A model generated the notes under the pieces. That model searched no databases, was not told the origin of the DNA, and was given only the letters and a program-made list of their open reading frames with translations. 64,000 nucleotides of DNA, taken from positions 3,136,001 through 3,200,000 of the forward strand of contig OY970218.1 of assembly GCA_963713975.1 (NCBI GenBank), written 5' to 3'. This DNA is from an uncultured Chloroflexia bacterium. Lineage in GTDB: Bacteria > Chloroflexota > Limnocylindria > Limnocylindrales > CSP1-4. Of this stretch, positions 8,567 through 18,098 are shown one piece after another (the first letter of the stretch is position 1; the number at the start of each line of letters is the position of its first letter). Both the position numbers and the translations under genes were made by a program.

Positions 8567-10858
8567 TCAGGCGGCGCTCGCCGGGTCACCGGCGTAGACC
8601 CGGCGCAACCAGCCGGTATCGAGCTCGGTCCGCAACGCCGGCGGCTCGGCGGGCGGTTCCCCCTCCTCGCCAACCAGGGCCTCCGCATAGGCACGGGCAC
8701 GGGTGGCCAGGTCCCGGTGGGCAGGATCCGACAGCGTCGCCACCCGCAGGCGCGGCAGGCCGCTCTGGGCGAGCCCCAGCACGTCGCCCTCCCTACGGAG
8801 CTCGAAGTCGCGCTCGGCGAGCGCGAAGCCGTCCGTCGTGGACGCCACGGCCTCCAGCCGCGCGTGCTCCGTCGTCTCTGCTGCAGCCTCGCTGACGAGC
8901 ACGCAGTAGGACGCCGCGGTCCCCCGCCCCACCCTGCCGCGCAGCTGGTGGAGCTGGGCCAGGCCGAAGCGCTCCGCTCCCTCGATGACCATCAGCGTCG
9001 CCTCCGCGACATCGACGCCCACCTCGACCACGGTGGTCCCGACCAGGACGTCGAGCTCGCCGTCACGGAAGCGGGCCATCTCACGGTCGCGATCACCGGG
9101 CTTGAGGCGCCCGTGGACCAGGCCAACCCGGAGCGGTGCGAGCAGGCCGGTCAGACGCTCGAACTCGGCCTCGGCCGCCGCGGCCCACGCGGTCTCGACA
9201 TCCTCGTCCGGCAGGTCGTCGTCGCCAGCGAAGCCGGTCTCCTCGGCCGCGTCGGCCGCGTCCATCCCGGGCCTGGTGGCGGGGCCGATCCTCGGCACCA
9301 CGACGAACGTGCGCCGGCCCTCCGCCGCCTCGGAGCGCACCAGGCTCCAAGTCCGGTCGAGGTTGTCCGGGCGGCGGATGCCGGTCAGCACGGCGATGCG
9401 CCCCTCGGGCGCGCTGTGCAGCGTGGACACGTCGAGGTCCGCATACAGGACCTGGCCCAGCGTCCGCGGGATCGGCGTGGCGGTCATCAGCAGCACGTGT
9501 GGCACGCCCCTCCGGGCCTTCTCCTCGAGGGCGCCGCGCTGCTCGACTCCGAAGCGATGCTGCTCGTCCACGACGGCCAGCGCGAGATCGGAGAAGGCGA
9601 CTGCCTCCTGGAGCAGCGCATGCGTGCCCACGACGACCTGGGCCTGGCCGGTGGCGATCGCCTCGTTCGCCTTGCGCTTGGCGTCGGCCGACAGCGAGCC
9701 GGTGAGGAGGATGACGCTGATGCCCAGGTCGTCGAGCAGCGACGCGATCGTCTCGAGGTGCTGGCGGGCGAGCAGGTCGGTGGGCGCGAGGAGCGCTCCC
9801 TGCCGGCCGGCGAGCGCCGCCGCGGCCAGGGCCCATGCCGCAACCGCCGTCTTGCCCGATCCCACGTCGCCCTGGACCAGCCGGAGCATGGGCACGTCCC
9901 GGGTGAGGTCGTCACGGATCTCGTCGAGCGCCGTGGCCTGGTCGCGGGTGAGCTGCGCGGCATGACCCAGCTTGCGCGAGATGGAACCTTCCAGCGAGAC
10001 GCGAACCCGGGCGTCGTCGGCGGGTCCGACGGTGATCGGCATCGTGTGCGCCCGGCCCCGCGCCCGGCGCCGCCCCACCATGCCCAGCTGGAGGGCGAGC
10101 AGCTCATCGAAGGCGAGCCGGCGCAGCGCCAGGTCGCGCGCCTCGAAGGTCGTCGGATAGTGCGCCGCCTCGAGAGCCTCCGCGATGCCCGGGAGCTCCT
10201 CGTCCGCGCGGATCCCGTCCGGCAGGTACTCCGGATACATCAGTCCAACCCGGTCGAGCGCCTGCCGCATCGCGGCCCTCAGGCGGTTTGCGGTCACGCC
10301 GGTCGTCAGCCGGTAGACCGGGACGATGCGCCCGACATGGAGCAGGTTCGATGCATCCGCGGGCTGGAAGTCGGGACCCTCAAACACGATCTCGCCCTGG
10401 CGGTGCTTGATCCGGCCCGAGACGAGCAGCTCGTCCCCGGGTCCCACTCGCTTCTCGATGTAGCGGCGGCCGAACCACGTGGCGACCGCCGTCCCGGAGT
10501 CGTCCGCGAGGTGCGCCGTCGTGAGCTGGACCCGACGCCGCCACGTCTGCTGGACCGAGATGTCCAGGACCCTCACCCGCGCCGAGACGACCGCGCCGTC
10601 GTCCAGGTCGCGCAGCTCCGCGAGCCGCCGGAGATCCCGCAGGTCGTCGTACCGGCGCGGCAGGTGGAACAGGAGGTCGCGTACCGTCTCCACGTCCATC
10701 CGCCGGGCGACGCGCCGCAGCGAGGAGACCCCGGGAATGCCGGACAGCCCGACCGGGGACCGGAGGATGTCCGCCGGCGTCACGGGCGGTGGGGCGGTGA
10801 CCTGCGGCCGGAGGGCCCGGCTCCCGCGCGGCGCGGTGGTCCGCCGTCGGTCGCTCAC
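8567..10858 (-). CDS. recG: ATP-dependent DNA helicase RecG
   Basis: OB wedge domain, QGDVGSGKT, DEQHRFG, MTATPIPRTL, QLRGRVGRG. Confidence 0.98.
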   Translation of the reverse strand: MSDRRRTTAPRGSRALRPQVTAPPPVTPADILRSPVGLSGIPGVSSLRRVARRMDVETVRDLLFHLPRRYDDLRDLRRLAELRDLDDGAVVSARVRVLDISVQQTWRRRVQLTTAHLADDSGTAVATWFGRRYIEKRVGPGDELLVSGRIKHRQGEIVFEGPDFQPADASNLLHVGRIVPVYRLTTGVTANRLRAAMRQALDRVGLMYPEYLPDGIRADEELPGIAEALEAAHYPTTFEARDLALRRLAFDELLALQLGMVGRRRARGRAHTMPITVGPADDARVRVSLEGSISRKLGHAAQLTRDQATALDEIRDDLTRDVPMLRLVQGDVGSGKTAVAAWALAAAALAGRQGALLAPTDLLARQHLETIASLLDDLGISVILLTGSLSADAKRKANEAIATGQAQVVVGTHALLQEAVAFSDLALAVVDEQHRFGVEQRGALEEKARRGVPHVLLMTATPIPRTLGQVLYADLDVSTLHSAPEGRIAVLTGIRRPDNLDRTWSLVRSEAAEGRRTFVVVPRIGPATRPGMDAADAAEETGFAGDDDLPDEDVETAWAAAAEAEFERLTGLLAPLRVGLVHGRLKPGDRDREMARFRDGELDVLVGTTVVEVGVDVAEATLMVIEGAERFGLAQLHQLRGRVGRGTAASYCVLVSEAAAETTEHARLEAVASTTDGFALAERDFELRREGDVLGLAQSGLPRLRVATLSDPAHRDLATRARAYAEALVGEEGEPPAEPPALRTELDTGWLRRVYAGDPASAA

Positions 10859-12624
10859 TCGGCGGAGATCAGGTACCGGTAGTGGGGCTGCCCGCCATGC
10901 GCGAGGTCCACGCCCTCGAGGCCCGGGGCTGCCGCCTGGATCCGCCGGGCGAGCGCCTCGGCTGCCGCCAGCGTCGCATCGTGCCCGTAGTAGATCGTCA
11001 CGACCGCGAATCCCTGCTCCAGCCGTCCGAATGCGGCCAGGACCGCGCGCTCCGTGTCGTTGTCGACGGAAAGCAGGCCGTCATCCGGGTCGAGCACGAT
11101 GGTCTGGCCCCGCTTGACCTTGTGCCCGGACACGGTCGCATCGCGAACCGCCTCCGTCACCTGCATCGTCTGCAGGCCACGGCCCGCATCCGTCATGGCC
11201 GCCGCGTTTTGGGCGGCCGACTGCGACGGATCCAGCTCGAACAGGGCGGCGATGCCTTCGGCGCAGTTGCGCGTCGGCACGACGTGCACGGGCCGGTCCG
11301 TCATGGACGCGACCTGCCTCGCGGCGAGCACGACGTTCGGGTTGTTGGGCAGGATCAGGAGCTCGTCGGCCTGGGTTGCCTGGACGGCCTCCAGCAGCTC
11401 GCCCGTCGATGGGTTTGCGGCCTGACCGCCGCGCACGATGCGGAACGCCCCGTACTCGCGGAACGGCGCCGCCTGGTCCGCCAGCAGCGCCGCAAGCCCG
11501 TCCGACGGCGCGACGGCGACGACCCCCAGGGGGAGCCGGGTGGCCGGATCCGTGTCGGCGCCGTCCGCGTCAGCACCGGACGCGGACGCTGTGCCCAAGG
11601 CGACCGACGTCGCCGCGGGGGCCGTGCCTGTCCAGCCGGCCCCATCCTCGCCCAGAAAGGCGGCGACCCGCGCCTCGCGCACGTCGTGGGCCTGACCGTC
11701 GAGGTTCTCGATGGTGATGCGGGACAGCGTTCCGAGCCCGAGACCGTAGGCGATGACGGCATCGGGCCGGTCGTTGTGAACGTGAACCTTGGCCAGGACC
11801 GCGTCGCCGGCCACCAGCACCGAGTCCCCGATGCCTTCGAGGTGGTCCTGGATGGCCGGAAGGTCGAGCGGCCGCCCGGGCAGGGCCCGGATCAGGTACA
11901 CGGTCTCGTACCCGAACGCCGTCTCGTCCACCACGCGGGCGACGGCCTCCCGGCCCGGAGCGGCGTCCACGGCAGGATCCGGGGCGCCAACCAGCTCGTA
12001 GGGCCGGCCACGCGAGGCGTCGAGCGCACCCTGGAACAGGCGGAGCAGCCCCTGGCCGCCCGAGTCCACCACGTGCGCCTCGCGCAGGATCGGGAGCAGC
12101 GACGGCGTCTTGGCCACCGCCCGCTCCGCGGCCTGTGCCGTGGCCAGCAGGACGTTCTCGACGTTGTTGTCCTGCTCGGCCGCGGTGACGGCGGCCGCCG
12201 ACGCCTCACGGATCACGGTCAAGATGGTCCCCTCGACCGGCTTGGCCACCGCCCTGTAGGCCTTCTTCGTCCCGGCCTCGAGGGCATAGGCCAGGTCGAG
12301 CCCGTTGAAGCGTCGCTTGCCGGCAAGGCCCTCGGCGATGCCGGCGAGGATCTGGCTCGCGATCACCCCTGAGTTGCCACGCGCGCCCATCAGCGCGCCG
12401 AAGCTCACCGCGTGGGCAATGGCCGCGGCATCTGCTCTCGGTCCGGCCTTGTCGGCCTCCTCGAGCGCCGCCCGGACGGTTGCCACCATGTTCGTGCCGG
12501 TGTCGCCGTCCGGGACCGGGAACACGTTGAGCGCGTTGATCTCGTCGACGTTCGCCTCGAGGCGCGCGACGGCGCTCCGGAATGCGAGGAGGAAGCCCGC
12601 TCCGTCACACGATCGGCGGGGCAT
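10855..12624 (-). CDS. fakA: DAK2-domain fatty acid kinase subunit A
   Basis: INALNVFPVPDGDTGTNM, GARGNSG, PVEGTILTV, VVDSGG, GGQP.Y.Y.IS.E. Confidence 0.93.
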   Translation of the reverse strand: MPRRSCDGAGFLLAFRSAVARLEANVDEINALNVFPVPDGDTGTNMVATVRAALEEADKAGPRADAAAIAHAVSFGALMGARGNSGVIASQILAGIAEGLAGKRRFNGLDLAYALEAGTKKAYRAVAKPVEGTILTVIREASAAAVTAAEQDNNVENVLLATAQAAERAVAKTPSLLPILREAHVVDSGGQGLLRLFQGALDASRGRPYELVGAPDPAVDAAPGREAVARVVDETAFGYETVYLIRALPGRPLDLPAIQDHLEGIGDSVLVAGDAVLAKVHVHNDRPDAVIAYGLGLGTLSRITIENLDGQAHDVREARVAAFLGEDGAGWTGTAPAATSVALGTASASGADADGADTDPATRLPLGVVAVAPSDGLAALLADQAAPFREYGAFRIVRGGQAANPSTGELLEAVQATQADELLILPNNPNVVLAARQVASMTDRPVHVVPTRNCAEGIAALFELDPSQSAAQNAAAMTDAGRGLQTMQVTEAVRDATVSGHKVKRGQTIVLDPDDGLLSVDNDTERAVLAAFGRLEQGFAVVTIYYGHDATLAAAEALARRIQAAAPGLEGVDLAHGGQPHYRYLISAE

Positions 12625-13046
12625 CAGGCGACGTCCGTCCCGCTCGCGGCAAGGTCCGACTGGGTGGGCGAGGCGGGATCGGGAGCCTCGGCAGTGGGCG
12701 GGATCCCATGCTCGTGGACCAGCCGCCCGATCCGGATCGAGATCCGGTCCGGCTCAAGTTCCACCGCGTTGCGCAAGGCGTACCGTACGGACGACTCGAC
12801 CTGGCGGGCGACCTCCGCGATGGGCAGGCCGTAGGCCACGGTGAGCCGCAGGTCCACCGCAAGCTCGTCGCCCAGCTCGATGTGCAGTCCGGGGTGCGCG
12901 AGGCCGAGACGCCCCAGCACCCGGCCGACGGGGCCGCCGCTGGCGAAGCCGGAGACGCCGTAAACGGACAGCACGGCACCTCGGACCAGGTCACGGATTG
13001 CGCGTTTCGTGACGAGCGAGCGATCGCCCTCGGGGTCGGCGGTCAC
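12624..13046 (-). CDS. Asp23/Gls24 family protein
   Basis: VYGVSG...VAYGLPIAEVARQVESSVRYAL; canonical position between rpmB and fakA. Confidence 0.85.
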   Translation of the reverse strand: MTADPEGDRSLVTKRAIRDLVRGAVLSVYGVSGFASGGPVGRVLGRLGLAHPGLHIELGDELAVDLRLTVAYGLPIAEVARQVESSVRYALRNAVELEPDRISIRIGRLVHEHGIPPTAEAPDPASPTQSDLAASGTDVA

Positions 13047-13205
13047 GCGGGCAACGTCCTCCTGGCGAGCGGGTCCACGCGCTCGGCGGGGGCCACGACG
13101 GGGCCATCCGGGGGCGACCGGAGCCTGTGCTACGATACCACCCGCTCGCGCCGGTCAGCCGGCGCGCGCTCGTGTCCGGCCCCCCCCAAAGGAAACGACC
13201 AGACC

Positions 13206-13406
13206 ATGGCTCGTGCTTGCGTCATCTGTGGCAAGGCGTCGATGGGCGGCTTCAACCCCCAGTCGTCGGGAATGAACCGCGTCCGCGCCCACCGCCGCTA
13301 CCAGCCGAACCTCCAGGTCACGACGCTGCCCGCGAAGAACGGCGGCACCGAGAAGGTGCTCGCCTGCACACGCTGCCGTCGCACCCTGACCAAGAGCGCC
13401 CGCTAG
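13206..13406 (+). CDS. rpmB: 50S ribosomal protein L28 (Zn-binding type)
   Basis: MARACVICGK...RRYQPNLQ...CTRC; TG-extended -10 (TGcTACGAT) at ~13128-13136. Confidence 0.95.
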   Translation: MARACVICGKASMGGFNPQSSGMNRVRAHRRYQPNLQVTTLPAKNGGTEKVLACTRCRRTLTKSAR

Positions 13407-13426
13407 CCCTGACCGGGGCCTGACGG

Positions 13427-13458
13427 GGAGCCGGTCGCGATCGCCGCGGCCGGCTTCG
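13427..13458 (+). terminator. GC-rich hairpin between convergent rpmB and dtd
   Basis: gagccggtcgcg...cgcggccggcttc inverted repeat. Confidence 0.5.
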
Positions 13459-13492
13459 TTGCGTCCGGGACGTGCCGACTCGCCGAGTGCTC

Positions 13493-13948
13493 TCAGCCTC
13501 CCGACCGATCCGCCGTGTCCAGCCAGATCGTGAACGGTCCGTCGTTCACGAGCTCCACGTCCATCTCCGCGCCAAACTCCCCGAGCTCCGTGCGGACGCC
13601 CTGGACCTCGATGCTGGAGGCGACCCGCAGCCAGAGCACTCTCGCGAGGCCCGGTGAGGCGGCCGCGGTGAACCCCGGACGCCGGCCCCGGCGCGTGTCC
13701 GCGTAGAGCGTGAACTGGCTCACCACCAGGGCCTCCCCGTCCACGTCCAGCAGCGAGCGGTTCGTCCTGCCCTCGTCGTCCTCGAACACCCGAAGCTCGC
13801 AGATCCGGCGCGCCAGCGCATCGGCCGTTCCCTCGTCGTCCCCGTGCCCCACACCCAGCAGGACGAGCAGCCCGGGCCCGATCCTGCCGACCACGCGCTC
13901 TGCCACGCGGACCTCCGCACGGCTGACCCGCTGCAGGAGCGCGCGCAC
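13493..13948 (-). CDS. dtd: D-aminoacyl-tRNA deacylase
   Basis: MRALLQRV, SQFTL, NDGPFT. Confidence 0.97.
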   Translation of the reverse strand: MRALLQRVSRAEVRVAERVVGRIGPGLLVLLGVGHGDDEGTADALARRICELRVFEDDEGRTNRSLLDVDGEALVVSQFTLYADTRRGRRPGFTAAASPGLARVLWLRVASSIEVQGVRTELGEFGAEMDVELVNDGPFTIWLDTADRSGG

Positions 13949-13960
13949 CGCGTGGTCCGC

Positions 13961-14671
13961 CTAGCGGCCGAGCGTCGCCGCGCGGGCGGTACCGGCGATC
14001 GAGCGGATGCGTGCCACCGCCGCGGCCATATCCGGGGCGCGGTAGAGCGCCGAGCCGGCGACGATCACGTCGGTTCCGCCACGCCCGATGATCTCCGCGG
14101 TCTCCGCCCGCCCGCCACCGTCCACCTGGACCTCGCAGGCACCCGAGGGATCCAGCCATGCGCGGGCGGCGCCGAGCTTCGTATCCGCCACCCCATCCAT
14201 GAACGCCTGCCCGCCGAACCCCGGCTCCACCGTCATGACGAGGATGATGTCCAGCAGGTCGCGGTAGGCATCGAGCGCGACCAGCGGCGTCGCCGGCTTG
14301 ACGGACAGTCCCGCAGACCGGCCCGCCTCCCGGATGCGCTCGAGCGCGGGCACGACCTGGGTCGCGGCGACCTCCACGTGGAACGTGATCGAGTCGCAGC
14401 CGGCGTCCAGGAACTGCTCCGTCCAGCGACCGGGTTCCGAGATCATGAGGTGGGCGTCGAACGGCATGTCGGTGACCCGCCGCACGGCCTCGATCGTCTT
14501 CCAGCCGAAGGTGATGTTGGGGACGAAGTGCCCATCCATGACGTCGAGATGGATGCGATCCGCACCGGCGTCCTCGGCGCGGCGGATCTCGTCACCGAGG
14601 TCGCCGAGATCGCTGTCCAGGATGCTGGCCGCGATCAGGACGCCGGCGGGCCGGCGGCTGCCCATTGTCAT
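13961..14671 (-). CDS. rpe: Ribulose-phosphate 3-epimerase
   Basis: HLDVMDGHFVPN, DAHLM, MTVEPGFGGQ, VDGG. Confidence 0.97.
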   Translation of the reverse strand: MTMGSRRPAGVLIAASILDSDLGDLGDEIRRAEDAGADRIHLDVMDGHFVPNITFGWKTIEAVRRVTDMPFDAHLMISEPGRWTEQFLDAGCDSITFHVEVAATQVVPALERIREAGRSAGLSVKPATPLVALDAYRDLLDIILVMTVEPGFGGQAFMDGVADTKLGAARAWLDPSGACEVQVDGGGRAETAEIIGRGGTDVIVAGSALYRAPDMAAAVARIRSIAGTARAATLGR

Positions 14672-15912
14672 CCCTCCCCCACCCCGTCCGGGACGGGTTC
14701 GGCGCTCCGCTCCCCGCGCAGCGCCGCGGCGCTCTGGGCGACCAGCTTCTCCCGCCGGCGCTGGACCACCATGGGGGTCGGCTGGCCGGCGTGCTCGGCG
14801 GCGAGTTGGCCACAGGCCGCGCCGATCTCCGTGCCGCGGTTGAACCGGATGGTCGTGGCGATCCCCGCGGCGCGGAGACGCTCGGCAAAACGCTCGAGCA
14901 CGGGGATCGGCGTCCCGATCCACGGGGTGTGGGCGACCGCGTTCATCGGGATCAGGTTCACGTGCGCGAGGTCACCACGCAGGAGCTCCGCCAGCGCATC
15001 GGCATCGACATCCGTGTCGTTGATCCCGTCGATCATCGTCAGCTCGTAGGTGATCCGGCGGCCGGTGGCCCCGGCGTGCTCGCGCGCGGCGGCGACGACC
15101 TCCTCCACGGGCCAGCGGCGGTTGAGCGGCACCAGCACGTCGCGGAGCGCGTTGCGCGCGGCGTGCAGGCTGATCGCCAGGGTGAACTGGGGACCGAGCG
15201 CGGTCAGGCGGCGGATCCCGGGCACCACGCCCGAAGTGCTCACCGTGATGTGCCTGGCGCCGAGCCCGAAGCGCTTGGGGTCGTTGAGGGCGGCGATGGA
15301 CTCGAGCACGCGGTCCAGGTTGAGCAACGGCTCGCCCATACCCATGTAGACGACGTTGGTGAGGCGCTGACCGGCGGCGGCGAGGCGGCGGGATGCGCTC
15401 CGCACCTGGTCGACGATCTCCGCGGTCTCGAGATCCCGCTCCATGCCCAGCTCACCGGTGGCACAGAAGGGACAGCCCACGGCGCAGCCGGCCTGGGACG
15501 AGATGCACAGCGTGTGCCGCTCGCGGGACTCCGCGCGGGCCGGATAGTGCATCAGGACCGACTCGACGAGGAGCCCGTCGGACAGGCGGTGGACGGCCTT
15601 CTCGGTCAGGACCCCGTCGGTGAGACGAACCTCGCTGTCCTCGACGGTGTCGAAACGAAACGCGGCCTCCAGACCTGAGCGGAGCGATGCCGGAAGGGTC
15701 AGGATCCCGTCGAAACTGGTCTGCTGTCCGCGCCACGCGGCATCCAGCACCTGGCGCGCCCGATACGAGGGCTCGCCGTGGTCCGTGAACCAGGTGCTCA
15801 GCTCGGCGGGCGCGAGCCCGCCCACACCGGGACGCTCGTCACGGCGCCGGCTGGCGGATGGGGCTGGTCGCAGCCCGAATAGCGGGATCACGACGGGCTT
15901 CTCGACGGTCAT
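14668..15912 (-). CDS. rlmN: 23S rRNA m2A2503/tRNA methyltransferase RlmN (radical SAM)
   Basis: CISSQAGCAVGCPFC, MGMGEP, SLHA, AACGQL. Confidence 0.95.
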   Translation of the reverse strand: MTVEKPVVIPLFGLRPAPSASRRRDERPGVGGLAPAELSTWFTDHGEPSYRARQVLDAAWRGQQTSFDGILTLPASLRSGLEAAFRFDTVEDSEVRLTDGVLTEKAVHRLSDGLLVESVLMHYPARAESRERHTLCISSQAGCAVGCPFCATGELGMERDLETAEIVDQVRSASRRLAAAGQRLTNVVYMGMGEPLLNLDRVLESIAALNDPKRFGLGARHITVSTSGVVPGIRRLTALGPQFTLAISLHAARNALRDVLVPLNRRWPVEEVVAAAREHAGATGRRITYELTMIDGINDTDVDADALAELLRGDLAHVNLIPMNAVAHTPWIGTPIPVLERFAERLRAAGIATTIRFNRGTEIGAACGQLAAEHAGQPTPMVVQRRREKLVAQSAAALRGERSAEPVPDGVGEG

Positions 15913-15952
15913 CTCCCCGATGATGACACGCGCACGCCCCGGCGGCGACGTG

Positions 15953-16891
15953 TCATGCCGGATCGCGCCGGCCGCGCAGCCAGTCCTCCCCGGACATCGG
16001 GCGCCGGCCCTGCGGCGTCACCTGCTCCAGCACGAGGCGCCCGGCGCCCGTCGCGAGCGCCGCCAGGCGGCCGTGACGGACGATCGCCCCGGGCTCGTCG
16101 TCTTCCTGTGAGGTGGCCACGGAGGCGCGTGTCACCACGAGCCGGCCCTCGTCGAGCACCACGTGGCTCCCGGGCCACGGCAGGTACGCCCGAACCTGCC
16201 GCTCCAGCGCGGCCGCCGGCCGCGATGGATCCAATCGGCCGTCCTCGCGGGTGAGGGGCCGGGTCAGCTCCACGCCGTCCTCCGCCTGCGGCTCCCCGAG
16301 GAGCCCGCCGCGGAGCCACGGCCCGAGGCTCCGGTCGAGGAGCTCGCCGGCGATCTCGGCCAGGCGCACCTCCAGGTCAGGAGCCCGCTCGTCGCCCTGG
16401 AGCGGAACGAGCACACGGGCAACGATCGGGCCCGTGTCGAGGCCGGCGTCCATGCGCATCAGGGTCACCGCGGTGTCGCGGTCGCCAGCCAGGATGGCGG
16501 CCGGGATCGGCGCCGCCCCGCGCCAGCGCGGCAGCGCCGAGGGGTGGAGGTTGAGGGCGCCGTGCGGGAGATCCAGCAGCGCCGGTGGCACGATCTGACC
16601 GTAGTCGGCGAGCACGGCGAGCCCGGGCTCCAGCGCCAGGATGGCGGCAATGGACTCCGGGGCGCGCAGCCGGATCGGCATGAGGACGGGTCCCAGCCCA
16701 AGCTCGGCGGCCAGCGAGCCGATCGCGGTCGGCGTCGCCACCTGCCTGCGGCCGACGGGGCGGGGCGGGGCGGTGACGATGCCCACCACGTCGACGCTGG
16801 GGTGGACGGCGAGCCTGCGCAGCGCGGGGATGCCGAACGACCCGCTGCCGAGGAAAACGGCCCGGACGCGGCCGTCCGGCCGGTCCGTCAC
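15953..16891 (-). CDS. fmt: Methionyl-tRNA formyltransferase
   Basis: NLHPSALPRWRGAAP, MDAGLDTGP; GTG start overlapping def stop. Confidence 0.96.
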   Translation of the reverse strand: MTDRPDGRVRAVFLGSGSFGIPALRRLAVHPSVDVVGIVTAPPRPVGRRQVATPTAIGSLAAELGLGPVLMPIRLRAPESIAAILALEPGLAVLADYGQIVPPALLDLPHGALNLHPSALPRWRGAAPIPAAILAGDRDTAVTLMRMDAGLDTGPIVARVLVPLQGDERAPDLEVRLAEIAGELLDRSLGPWLRGGLLGEPQAEDGVELTRPLTREDGRLDPSRPAAALERQVRAYLPWPGSHVVLDEGRLVVTRASVATSQEDDEPGAIVRHGRLAALATGAGRLVLEQVTPQGRRPMSGEDWLRGRRDPA

Positions 16892-17403
16892 GCCAGGGCG
16901 CTCGTTGCCCCGCGGATCTCGGCGTCCTCGTCGTCGTCCTGCCCAACGGGGATCAGCTCGTCCATCGAGTCGAGGTAGTCGATGTAGAGCTTGCCCTGGA
17001 GGTGGTCCAGCTCGTGCTGGAGGGCACGGCCCAGGAGTCCGGAGCCGGCGACCTTGATCTTCTTGCCCACGCGGTTCTGGGCGACGACCCACACCTTCTC
17101 ACGACGGGTGATGTAGGCGACGTAGCCCGGGATGGAGAGACAGCCCTCCAGGTCCCGGTCGTCACCGCTCGTGCGCACGATCTCCGGGTTGACGAGCTCG
17201 TACAGGTTTCCCTCGACCTCGATGACGCAGGCACGGACGGCCTCGCCCAGCTGGGGCGCGGCAAGACCCACGCCGGGCGCGTGGCGCATCGAGTCCGTGA
17301 GGTCGTCCAGGAGCTCGTGGAGGTACTTGCCGAAGCTGTCCACGGTCTCGCCCTTGAGGCGCAGTCGTGGGTCGCCGAGGAGGACGATGGGTTTGATGCT
17401 CAT
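16888..17403 (-). CDS. def: Peptide deformylase
   Basis: GVGLAAPQ, EGCLS, QHELDHL. Confidence 0.98.
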   Translation of the reverse strand: MSIKPIVLLGDPRLRLKGETVDSFGKYLHELLDDLTDSMRHAPGVGLAAPQLGEAVRACVIEVEGNLYELVNPEIVRTSGDDRDLEGCLSIPGYVAYITRREKVWVVAQNRVGKKIKVAGSGLLGRALQHELDHLQGKLYIDYLDSMDELIPVGQDDDEDAEIRGATSALA

Positions 17404-17512
17404 GACCGGCAGAGTATAGCCAACGACCGCCCGCGCCCCGACGGGCCGGACGCTCGAGGTACCTGCCGCACTGGTGGCGGGATCGCTCCCGTGCGCAGCG
17501 ACCGGGGGACGG

Positions 17513-17983
17513 TCAGGCGCCGGTCTGGGTCGGGTCCTCCGCGACCGACGCGTCCGCCGCCTCGTCCGGGACACCGGCACCCGCAGGGGCGTCCTCGGTT
17601 GCCGGCGAAGCAGGCTCGTCCCCGGCGTCGTTCCCATCGGAACCTTCGACAGCCTCCTGGGCGCGCAGCTCCGCGGCGACGGACTGCGCCTTGTCGGCGA
17701 ACCGCTGCCCGTAGTCGACCGTCAGCTCGGCGGCCTTCTGGGCGGCCGGGCCGGCCTTCACGGCGGCGACGGCGGCCAGCTCGGCGGCCTTCGCCCCGAC
17801 CTGGCGGGCCAGTGGCGCAGCCTGCGTGGAGATCTGCTGGATCATCATCTCGAGCTGGTTGAGCCAGTCCCTGGAGCCCGAGCCCCCGCCCGCGGCGCCC
17901 TTGGGGGTCTCGTCCGGGATGGGCTCGTCGACGAGCGGCTCGCCGCCCGAGGGTGTGGTCTCGTCGGGAGTCTGCTCGGTCAT
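17513..17983 (-). CDS. Hypothetical protein, acidic termini and central amphipathic Ala-rich helix
   Basis: AAGGAGG RBS before ATG at 17983; coding-like codon usage. Confidence 0.7.
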   Translation of the reverse strand: MTEQTPDETTPSGGEPLVDEPIPDETPKGAAGGGSGSRDWLNQLEMMIQQISTQAAPLARQVGAKAAELAAVAAVKAGPAAQKAAELTVDYGQRFADKAQSVAAELRAQEAVEGSDGNDAGDEPASPATEDAPAGAGVPDEAADASVAEDPTQTGA

Positions 17984-18098
17984 GGTGGTCCTCCTTCGGG
18001 CCTGGCGCAGGCGTCGGTCTCGTTCTCCGCCATTGTCGCTCATGAGGCCGTCCGAGCCCAGAGGCTCGTGCCGAAGCCGCCGTCTCGGCGAGCCGGGT

